A stretch of 64,000 bases of DNA from Chrysomallon squamiferum (taxonomy: Eukaryota; Animalia; Mollusca): NCBI GenBank assembly GCA_012295275.1, contig CM022670.1, positions 29,946,001 to 30,010,000 on the forward strand. The letters run 5' to 3'. Positions 53,180-64,000 of this stretch are shown in pieces. Each line of letters starts with the position of its first letter. Position 1 is the first letter of the stretch. Under the pieces are notes generated by a model, which was not told the origin of the DNA, did not search any database, and saw only the letters and a program-made list of their open reading frames with translations. The position numbers and the translations under genes are program-made.

Positions 53180-53954
53180 TCATACTGTAGGTTTTGAACT
53201 TTTGAGTGTGGTAAAGTAAAAGACAATAACAATAAAATGTTGTTTTATTTTTAGTTTTTTTAGTTTTTTTTTTATAAATTATTAATATCCGACATTCTTC
53301 ATTAAAATTTCCATTTCTTTCACCACCACCTGCGCTGGATATAGAAATCTACACCAACTAAACATTTTCTTCTTCGACTTAATACCTTTTTTTTTTATGG
53401 TTCACATTAGATTGCTTTCCAAAAGCAATTTAGTTTCACAACAGTCGTGGATTAATGAGAATCAAGTTCATCCACGTGGAGTTCAATGACGTCAGCAGTG
53501 TTCCCAGAACCGAGGCAATCTCTCTTGTATTAGACTGAATCGGAAGAGCGACAGGGGACTATTTTTCTGCAGCGAATTTAGTCGAATGATGCTAGGTGAA
53601 GCGGCAAGATTACAGATAGAATGAAGCCATTGATTCCACTGGGAAATAGAATGAAACAACAACAAAACTATTAACAAAGGCGTAATATAATCATGAAATA
53701 TTAATATGTTTGTTGAAAACATTCTTTTTTTTCTCTCACTTTCTTTGGTTTTATGTTTTATAAAATTTATCATTTATGGGTTTTGCTTCATAATCTCTAA
53801 AATGATGAATTTTTCAACAAAAATTAAAGAAAAACAGAAAAGTTATATTACACTGGGTTCTATAATTATCAGTTAAAAAGTAACTGTAGAATGCGAATTT
53901 TAAAATTAATAATAAAAAAATAAAAATAAAATAAAATAAATAAATAAATAAATA

Positions 53955-53985
<31 letters not shown>

Positions 53986-54088
53986 AATAAAAAACAAACC
54001 AAACCAAAATACAATTAAATTTAAAAAAAGAGAAAGGAAAAAACTAATATATTTTATAATTTTAATGATTATTTGGTAAAGCTGGTGT

Positions 54089-54123
<35 letters not shown>

Positions 54124-56939
54124 TGAATAATATATAGGTAACAGACTGTGAACTAAGTGTGCAATATGCAATATGTTCACAAATGTATACGTGTGTGTTA
54201 GAAAGGTTCTGTAAAAATATATCTAGAAATACAATATACAATAGATTAACAGTAATATTATAGAAATAATGTCTTTAAAGATTTAATATACTAGTGTAGT
54301 TCTAGAAAAAGATTATGCCAACGTGTCTAACTCCATGGGTATATGTAATACCTTTTACGAAATATATGATAATATTTAAACCCATATTTGTAGATAAAAT
54401 GTCTTGAACTTTTGTATGATAGCAAATATATTTACAGTGTATGCAAATGTATAAAAATGTAGAATGTACCACAATTATACATGACAGATAAATTTAGTAT
54501 ACAAAATGTCTCTAAGTATATCCAGAAATATGTATGTCGGTAATAAGACTGATGTATTACAAAATAACAAGCGAATCTTCAAGCCATGTATGAAGTAAAA
54601 ACGTGGGTGCTACTCTGGCGTGCGATCTACATGATCTAGTGATCTACTATCAAGAAAACTGTACTTTGATTTATGATCTGCGTGCTAATTTTAATTATTA
54701 TTTTGTTTATTCTTGTTTTTTTTATTATTATTTTTCACTGCATAAATGAAATAAATTTTCCTTTTATTATATATTTATAATATATACGAACAAGAGCTAA
54801 AAAGTATACAAATTTTAATAATTTTATCGATGAATTGAGCGAACATCTGCTAGAAATGTAAGAAAAAGATCTTCAACATTCTTCATCATCTGTAGCCAAC
54901 AGAAATAATCAAGGTGTGATTGGAAGGTTCTTTGGTTCACTCATCTCATTTCAAAATAATAATTTTAAAATGTTCTTATATATGTATCATGCATTAATCT
55001 TAAAGGATTTTAAAATCTTCCTATCTAATTTATTTCCGATCGAAGCTAGTTCAAATCTGTCGTGTTATTTTATTTGCCAGCTATAAACTGACATTTCCTG
55101 TTAAAGGAATATAATTATTCTTTCTCGTTACGCTGTTATCTATTAGACATTTTCTAGATATATTTTATATGAATCGCTCAACCAGTGGTGTAATTAAATG
55201 TCGTGCTATATTTTGATCTGTTTTTTTCTTTGTTAATGGTGAGTAAAGGCAAATATTATATGCTTTGATTTAGTTATTTATTAATTTTTAAAAACTTTTT
55301 TTTTTTTTTCATCAACAAATGGTACAGATAATCATAGTGACTCTTTGAGGATGATTCCATTTAAGATATCTGAGCATGACTGTTATTATCCAAAACTAGA
55401 TTCTCCACATGTTTTAGTATTAACAACTTCCATTCCTAGGACGCCCACAAACTATAATCTTACATCACAGAAATGATGAGGAAGTCTACAATAATCCAAA
55501 TACGAGCTTTTGACCTGTTGTATTTGTGTTTGCATCAGGAATAACCATATGCGCTAATACGTTTATCATGCCGTGTGATCGAGTATTATGCAATATTACA
55601 GTGTCAACTAACGAAGTTACAAACCATCAAATGTCATCAAGTTATAATAAATATTAAAAAGATGATTGGTAAACAGTATTGAAATAAAAACACATCGTTA
55701 AACTATTAAAATAAAAACAAATGTAGTAGTTATTTATTTACATAAATATAAAGTGAATATATATATTTTTCTGTTAATGTAGTTCAAGAACAATTAAGCA
55801 GTTGATCTTTTGAAGAAACGAGGAAAAGGAAAAAATATATGATGATTGTGATGAAAACAACAATGAAAAAATAATGATGACATTATGACGTGAATGGATA
55901 TAATAATGTAATGACGATTGATTAATAATCACGATAATGACGATGATGATAATAAAAATTATGATTATTTTATTAAAAACAGGAACAACAGTGGAAACAC
56001 AAGTAGAAAGAATACAACACAAAATTAAACAAAAATAAATAAATAAATAAATAAAATATAAATACTTTCAATATTGTAATCGTGCATGTGTGTGTTTAAT
56101 GTTTTACGATCTGCTTATTAGCCAATTACAATAAGGTAAAAAAAAAATATTGTGAATTTAGGGACAGGAATAATTTAGCACTATCACTGATTTAAAGTAG
56201 ACACATATAAAAACACATACACACAAATACAAACATACAGACTCACACAAACATACATACATACACAACGCACACACATGCACACGCCAAGCTCACATAT
56301 ATATTTGTGTAAATTATGTTTCATTACATACATAGTTTTATATATATACACTTTTTGGTGAACTGTGATTTTTTTTTTTTCTACACTATTAACATAAAGT
56401 CAGATATCCTTTATTCATATCTATTTGTATACAGTCATTCATACACTCTGACAGGGCTGTCAATTACATAAGAAAACAAGATAGCTTTATCACTTATTTA
56501 GAGTTGAAATAGCAGAGTGGATATTAACAGCGCCACTACATCACACTAATGTAACACTCAGATGTAAATGTCAAGACTTGGACAGGTAACTTTGTCGTAC
56601 ACACGAGGATAATGCTTTTCGTTTAAATTTAAAAGCACCGATAATTCGGTCAAGTAATCGTGTTCCAGTCTGGTGGTTGATACTTTCTTACGCACGCAAT
56701 TCCACACATTTTTCACGAACTACATGGGATAAGTAACAGGACTGTTTAAACTGTTTGATTGACAGAAATATTTGTTGACTAAATATATACATGGCCAATA
56801 ACACCAGTCCCTAAACATGACAGCGGTGATTTTTACACCTTCTCCCTCTCCCTAGTTATCTAGCTATTCATTCACATACACACACGTACGCACGCACGCA
56901 GGTATATACAGAGATGATTACCCTAACAAGCTTTTTTAA

Positions 56940-57099
56940 CGTTGTCTTGACGGCCGAACGGTGACGTCGTCCGCCTTGGGAGCGCGGGCGACTGGGTGCC
57001 ATACACATGATTCTCGTAGCGGCATCTGACGGGGTTTGTGAGGTCGTAATTGGACTTTCTGCTCCTGTGCCAATGCTTTACCGAATATTGTCTATGAGC
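56940..57099 (+). mobile_element. tRNA-derived SINE fragment, family A copy 2
   Basis: GGCCGAACGG..CGTCCGCCTTGGGAGCGCGGGCGA..GCGGCATCTGAC..GTTTGTGAGGTCGT..TGGACTTT matches the inverse of 37728-37889. Confidence 0.7.
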
Positions 57100-58012
57100 C
57101 TACATACTCCACATACATATACACACGTACAAAAATAAATTCCTACATACAAATACACATACATAGACACAGACAGACTGACAGACACTGAAATAAGCAT
57201 TATAAAGCTCAGACAATCCTTGTCAACCCTTAATTGAAAAATGTTTTATTTAGGATAAATGAGTTGAATCCTTTCCGGGATTTCTTTTCTAAACTCAAAT
57301 GAACTGAAAGTGACAAGGTGAAAATGAAAATCCTTACAATTTGATAAATCTGAAATTTATTCGTGAATTAACGAATTTTAATCCCAAAGTGAACAATTAT
57401 AATTAATAAAAATTTTCTTACCTGCTTTTCTTATTAGTACGTATACATATTTCTAAATAGATAAACATCAGTTATTATCCACTTTTGAATCAAGTAACAA
57501 ATCTCAGTTCAAAACATGCTGATAACTGAAATATTTTTTTTAAAAGAAAAAGGAAATGAAAGAAAATGTGGGACACAGAAATATATATACAGATAGAGAA
57601 AGATAGAAAAGATCGATATAGATAGTTGAATATGTTGATTGAAAGACAGACACCGATAGTGAGACAGAATGATAGAGAAAGAGCAAGAGATATCAGATAG
57701 ATAAACAGAAAAAGATAGTGTGCATGCATGTGTATGTGACTGTGTGTAGAGGCATGTGAATATATCTGTGTGTAGAGGTGTGTGTGTTTCTGTGTGTGTA
57801 TGTGTGAGAGAGAGAGACAGAGAGAAAGAGAGAGAGGGAGAGGGATATCAAATTAAGAAAAAGAACATAAAGCGTTCAATGATCTAACCAGTAAGATGAA
57901 ACTGCACGTATTACACTTGCCGTGTTTTACCATTCATCATCTACGTAGTGTTTCACGTAGCAACTCCTTTAATCTGACTCTCTAGGATAATGTCATTTGG
58001 ATTAACTACGCA

Positions 58013-58084
58013 AAACCGTAGTCGTGTCATTACAGTTAATGAAAAACACTTTTTACATAAACTGTAATGACACGACTACGGTTT
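58013..58084. repeat. Inverted repeat / hairpin with 25-bp perfect arms
   Basis: AAACCGTAGTCGTGTCATTACAGTT (58013-37) is the exact reverse complement of 58060-84; further pairing inside leaves a ~4-nt loop. Confidence 0.95.
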
Positions 58085-58242
58085 ATGTGTCTTTTAATAC
58101 AATATCGTCATCATCATCATACTCATATAATTTTTCCGTTTATTATTTTACCCTTACTGCTGCTGTTGTTTTTGTTACACTGTAACTGCTTGTGTTTGTT
58201 ATTATCATCATTATCATCCTTGTTTATACATGTATTATTATA

Positions 58243-58258
58243 ACTACTACTTCTACTT

Positions 58259-58322
<64 letters not shown>

Positions 58323-58495
58323 CACCACCACTACTAAAATCATTACCTCTGCTGCTTCTACTTCTAAAACTGCTACCATCAGGGTTCCTGCTGCTAATAC
58401 TAATATTATTACAACAATTGCTATCACTGCCACTATTACTATTTTTATTACTACTACCATTACTTTCACCACCACCACCACTACTACTACAACAT
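58243..58495. repeat. (ACT)n/(ACC)n low-complexity tract
   Basis: Direct reading. Confidence 0.9.
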
Positions 58496-58787
58496 CACGT
58501 ATTATTATAAAAAAACTATACACGTTTATTTCGTGTCGTGCTTATCGCTCTGTGATGACATTTCAGTGCTCACATAGATGACTCCTCTACAGTCTCCTGT
58601 GAGTCTGTGTATCGGAAACCTGAGAATCGAGCAATGTTACAAAAATCAAACATCAGTTAGATATCTAAAATAGTTGTTAATAGAAAATGGCGTCAGTCTA
58701 ACGAACTGCATAATGTCTTCCTTATCTGTAAGGAAACCATATTGTAAAAGGAAGAAAATAAAACAACAAAGACAAATAGTGTATCTT

Positions 58788-58791
<4 letters not shown>

Positions 58792-58856
<65 letters not shown>
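58792..58856. repeat. (AG)n microsatellite
   Basis: Direct reading. Confidence 0.95.
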
Positions 58857-58860
<4 letters not shown>

Positions 58861-59586
58861 CATTGAAAACGGAGACGCACACACAGAGATTGTAAAATAT
58901 TGTAAAAGCCTTAAATTAATACATGTATTTATTTGTGATACTCGTAATAATGATATACACAAAAACTTTTTACCTAGTAAATAAGTTTCACACAATCAAA
59001 AAAATAAATAATTTTAGTCACAATACCTTAAAGAAATTTGCGGCATGTGCATGCAGTTGATTGATGTCTAGACACCAAATTTCTAACATATGGCACACTC
59101 GCAGGATACAGTGTTATGTTAAACGGATAAACATGTGCTCTTTGAAACCCATATTAACTACATAAAAAATAAAGCATGTTCTGGCAGTCGTATTAGGCAT
59201 GCCGTCGTTGTGCTGATAGTTGTCCGGTGACGTTATGGCGGAAAAAGCTAAATTAATTTTTAGTTGTTTTATCAGAACATGAAGAACATCAGTATAATGG
59301 AAACGAAGTCTTCTGTGTGCTCAGCTTTGTATATTTCTGCAGACTGCCTAAAGGAAACCAGCTTGTCGTTTTGGTCAACAATAATTTTACAAAATCAATA
59401 ACAATAGCCTTTTGACAGTAAGATACTAATATGGTGTGGATATCTCAGCACGCCAAAAAAAAAAAAAAGAGTTGTAGAAATATGCATTATTTTGATTCCA
59501 AACTGCTAGATTTTTGGTATTGCCTATATGCCTTTGTTTGAACTATTTACATTTAAGTAAATGTTTGATTAGAAGAAGACGTGCTG

Positions 59587-59589
<3 letters not shown>

Positions 59590-59664
<75 letters not shown>
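59590..59664. repeat. (AG)n microsatellite
   Basis: Direct reading. Confidence 0.95.
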
Positions 59665-59665
<1 letters not shown>

Positions 59666-60249
59666 TTTTGATGGATAACAGCATCTCAGTACAAAATATT
59701 TGAATTCTGTTTTCAAATTAACTGTAAATTGAAAATAAAAATAAATAAATAAGTAAATAAATATTATGAAAAATTTAAGAACATCCCCATCAACAGCAAC
59801 GAAAAATATAATAATGCTATGATCATAATAATATTTTTTCTTTAAATAAACATCGCTTCTGCAAAATTACAGATTATTAAAAATAATCACATTTTCAGTG
59901 CTGAATCTAAATTAATTAGGTATTAATACAAAATAGAAGGAAATATATGTAATTTAAATTTTAAAGTGTAAAACGAAAGCCAAAGTTTTCGGCCCCTTTC
60001 TTCAATATGCTTGCTTTTTCACGTAAATAGTTTAATTAATACATAAACATACAAACACAGATTACACACATTACAAGAAAGTCTAAAGAATTAATAATGA
60101 TTGCAAATTATTTTAACTGGACTAGACAGTCATTTCTTTTAAACACACTGATTTTCATATACAGCTCTTGGGCACATTTTAATAAGCATCATTTTCTCTA
60201 ATACGTCGAATTTACATCTTTTTTCTTTCTTTCTTCTTCTTCCTCTTAC

Positions 60250-60295
<46 letters not shown>

Positions 60296-60743
60296 TATGG
60301 GGTTATTTTTTTTTTTTTTTTTTACTATAACTTAAGCAAATAATAATAATAATAATAATAATAATAATCATAATGATGATGATGATGATGATTATGATGA
60401 TGACAATGATCATGGTAATGAAGTATATCAAAAATGTTCTATAGTTTGATCAATTAATAAACGAGTTTTCTATAGTTATAAAAGACTGAATTATTTATTG
60501 ACTAATAAAATAACTGACTTACTGACAGACTTACTGACTGACTGACTGACTGATTCTGGCTAGGTGTTTGACTGAGGCAATGAATATTATATTAGTTTAT
60601 TATTTGATATTTTGTTAGATAAATTATTTATCAGAATAGTTAACATCAATGTCACACAACCACCACCATCAATAAATGTAGAAAATACAAAATGAAAAAT
60701 GAAAAATTATTATTAAAAAAAAAAAAAAAAATAAAACGAAGGA

Positions 60744-60774
<31 letters not shown>

Positions 60775-61089
60775 CAAAAACAAAACTAAAACAACAACAA
60801 AAAAATCTTTATAATCAAGGTATTTTAAAAATAAATCACTGAAATAAATCCACGTTCATCTTAATGACATATAAAAACACACAGATAAATAATTCAGTTT
60901 CTTCATTCATCTTAGGGCACATTTTATTATATTTATATATATTTATATTAAAGATATATTTTAAAAAATCGAATACACTTCGTTCCATAATTACTGTTCA
61001 TCATTGATCTAGAGCAGATGACAGACGGCAAACATCAAATAAAGTTTTAAATATTGGAGAATTACTGTTTATATGTCTTCATAATTGAG

Positions 61090-61310
61090 GAATGGTCAAT
61101 CGCAGTATCAGTTCAAGCCACTAATAATGCAAATCTGGCAATGTCTAGTGTATCAAATGTCGTGGTTTGTATACATTTGTATACAATAATTATGAATCAC
61201 CCAGAAAATGAAACACTTGGTTTCTTCTTTTGTGGTATGACACAAAACTCATGTGTTTGACTAATAATGATGCTTAATATTAAGGTGTCGCTAAACATTC
61301 ATTCATTTGT
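61090..61310 (+). mobile_element. Very decayed SINE relic, probably family B
   Basis: GTGTATCAAATGTCGTGGTTTGT core-like segment and GGTGTCGCTAAACATTCATTCATT tail. Confidence 0.3.
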
Positions 61311-61545
61311 TCGTTTGTTGTATGTAACGGGCAAACAGGTGACACATGTGTATGTGTATGTGTGTGTGTGTGTACGCATGTGTGTAAATGTGTGTGGTTA
61401 AATGTGTATATATACATGTATATCAATTTGCATATGTATGTGTGGTGTTATATATATATGTGTGTGTGTGTGTATGTATGTGTGTGTGTGTGTCTGTATG
61501 TATATACGTATTAGTATGTTTGTACTTGTGAGGTGATATAAAAGG

Positions 61546-61729
61546 TAGCAGCAAAGGAATTTTTACATGTACCTTCCCACTAATTGCAAATCAGATAGTG
61601 TGGACTTTGATAAATAAGTTGTATGGCATTGGCTCAACCGAAAGGTAGCACTGTGTAGACAGTGAAAAGGAGGGAACCTAAGAACTATTACATGTCAACA
61701 CAGTGTTCTAACCAGTTAGATATAGACCG
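61546..61729 (-). mobile_element. Old SINE relic, family B
   Basis: TAGCAGCAAAGGAATTTTTACATG..TCCCAC..CTTTGATAA..TGGCT, collinear with 34117-34220. Confidence 0.5.
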
Positions 61730-62810
61730 TTTCATTTTCTCAGAATGCATCAACTTCTATTAGAAAAATACACCACAACAGACCGAACTGCAGAAATAGC
61801 CACAACAATAGGTAATCTCCATAACAGGATCCTAATTATATTAGCTTGCCTTAGAAAAGGAAAGCTAAATTTACGAAAAATGTGCCGAAATAACTCCCCG
61901 TACATTATTTTACATTATTATACCTGTCAGATTGTTATTTCTATACAGAACAGAATTTATTTATGGCGCTTTATTCGCGAATTGACAAGGGAAATAGCCA
62001 TTATCCTTAAACCTTGGTAATTGCATATTAATAGTTTTATGATCGCATGTAAATTTAATCTTCTTGAACGTAAGGGAAATAACGTTATCTTTATACAAAC
62101 AGCAGCTTTCCGCCATTGCTGTTTTGATTTTAGGTTTTTGATTAATTATCTCTGATATCTGGAAACTTCTTCAGTATATCATTATTCATTTTTTACTAAC
62201 TTAAAAAATTAAAGGTTTTCAAATTTTTAAACATAACTAGTAAAATCATTTTTTATTTGTGTGCGTAGATGAATGTACATGTGCATATTAAACTTATAAA
62301 TGAAACTCCATTTTGTATATATGTACCATACATTGTATGTGTGTGTATGGTTTTTTTGTATCATTGTGTGTGTGTCTCTTTATATATGTGCTTTATTTGA
62401 GTTTATTTAAATTTATGTCTGTGTATACAGGCCTGAAAAGAAATGCGTGTATGGTATGGAGGCAGAACTGTGCATGCCCACGTCTTGTTTATGTGACGAA
62501 ACCGTCTGAATATTTTATAGTACAATTTAATTAAGCCAGTAAAACAAAATGAATCATATATAGTTTTAGGTAGGTGGAGGAAACGTCTGTTGCGGAATCT
62601 GCTGACATTAAATTCAGTTAGTACAGTTGTCTTATGTTCTGAACCTAAACCTTTAAAATTAACACTAATGTCCATGCCTGAATACCTACAGCTATTTTAT
62701 TCTGTAAGGACCAACCTGATGGTAATAGCAGATAACATCACACACGAAGTGAAGGGAGTGGCTGTCGCTGACAGAAATCGATAGAACAACTTGACAGACA
62801 ACTCTCTTAC

Positions 62811-63118
62811 CTTCATATCACAAACATCGTCCAAGACGTGTCAGTCTTATTCATGTCTCTGTACTTCATGCCACATTTACGTAAATCATCTGTAAACAGA
62901 AGAAGTCAACAGGCTGCCGCTGCCTTGTACAACACACGTGAGCGAACGCACGATTTTATTTCTGTTCTCGCTCTGCAATGCGAGTGTAACCAACGTAAGG
63001 AAAAAACTCCGCAGTCTGAATTGTAGGCAGCCAAACTGATCGATAGTGACGATTTCTGCTAACAGCTCTCTGCAACCTGCGAGGCCAGCGTGTATGATGG
63101 ACGACAGCGTGATAATTT
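62811..63118 (-). other. Candidate non-coding 5' exon
   Basis: GC/CpG-richer block ending in strong donor AAG|gtaaga at 62810; possible acceptor tttctag at 63119-21. Confidence 0.25.
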
Positions 63119-63828
63119 CTAGAAACTGTTGTTCTAATCAAGCTCATTAAGTGAGAACATTAAGTGAGTGCATGTAATAAATATGAAACCTCTTCGTAAG
63201 GTCATTATCGATTGTATCTGGCATGAATGAAACAAGTGTGAAACAAATGAAATAAAGCTGACAAAAGTCTTAAAGATTTTTAGCATATTCTGAATTATAC
63301 GTAAAGAGATAGACTCGCAAGGAGATGATAATCTGTAGCAAGACTGTTGTGTGACAATTATACGTTGTTGGATAAAACAAAACAAAAAAGAATGAGAAAT
63401 GAAGAGAAAAAGAATTCAACAACCAATATTAAAGAAAAACAAAAACAACAACAAAGACAACAACAATGATAACAATAACATGAACGTGTGGGTTGACCAA
63501 CTGCAGTATAAACTGAGACCAGATTTATTTGACATCTCCCCATTCCCTACAAAAAAGAAGACGAAAATGAAATAAAATAAATATAAATAAATAAGTAATT
63601 AGAAATAAAAGAAACAAAACAAAAATCCCATATTAATGATATAAATGTGTTTAAAAATAATACTGAAATATATGTTGAAATAAAGATTTGATCATTATAT
63701 ATAATTTATAGCCTTGTTAATGAAATTTTGTAAAAGGTATATTAATCTGGAAACTGTGTCCTAATTTTCATAATTAGAACATAGCCTTTCCGGCGCATAA
63801 TCAAACCAAAACCCACATGGACACTTAC

Positions 63829-63949
63829 CTTGTCTGTGCTCTTGACAAAACACCCAGGACATCATACCTGAACTCTTGTTGAATACTGGATTGAAAGTAA
63901 ATTAAATCGGCTACACAAATCACCTAGCAATATAGCATTTCATCGCCAC
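63829..63949 (-). other. Candidate non-coding (5'UTR) internal exon
   Basis: Acceptor ttttctcttggcaacag; donors CAG|gtatga (~63867) and AAG|gtaagt (63828). Stops in all three frames; same strand as CBARP. Confidence 0.35.
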
Positions 63950-64000
63950 CTGTTGCCAAGAGAAAATGCAGAATTACCAATATTTGAAAACAATTGTATT

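Noticed and set aside
58192-58581. Mucin-like Thr-rich ORF with hydrophobic N-terminus
   Set aside because: Entirely (ACT)/(ACC)/(ATT) low complexity; no ATG-anchored or splice support.

Overview
AT-rich, microsatellite-dense animal genomic DNA. The repeat landscape suggests an invertebrate, probably a mollusc/gastropod (inference). The window holds one protein-coding gene, on the minus strand and spliced over about 30 kb (start exon ~39697-39752, terminal exon 10107-12111; probable 5'UTR exons further right). It encodes an ~840-860 aa single-pass membrane protein that I recognise as a CBARP/BARP (voltage-gated Ca channel beta-subunit anchoring and regulatory protein) homologue from five collinear motifs: RRVSF, YTEGDFHHLK, YRELWNLRATLE, DSGYKSLE and RDYSIDEKTNKIFNDFIRHD. 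The rest is intron, UTR or intergenic DNA. It contains a decayed hAT transposon, a TIR/TSD-bounded FLYWCH-MULE (Mutator) element, two inverted Tigger/pogo derivatives, Tc1-like remnants, several tRNA-SINE relics, a ~1 kb 16-bp minisatellite, a near-perfect 72-nt hairpin and many microsatellites. The first ~9.7 kb is strongly CpG-depleted relative to the CBARP locus. I see no prokaryotic features, CRISPR array, rRNA or intact tRNA. Family assignments rest on recalled sequence motifs, not on database searches.
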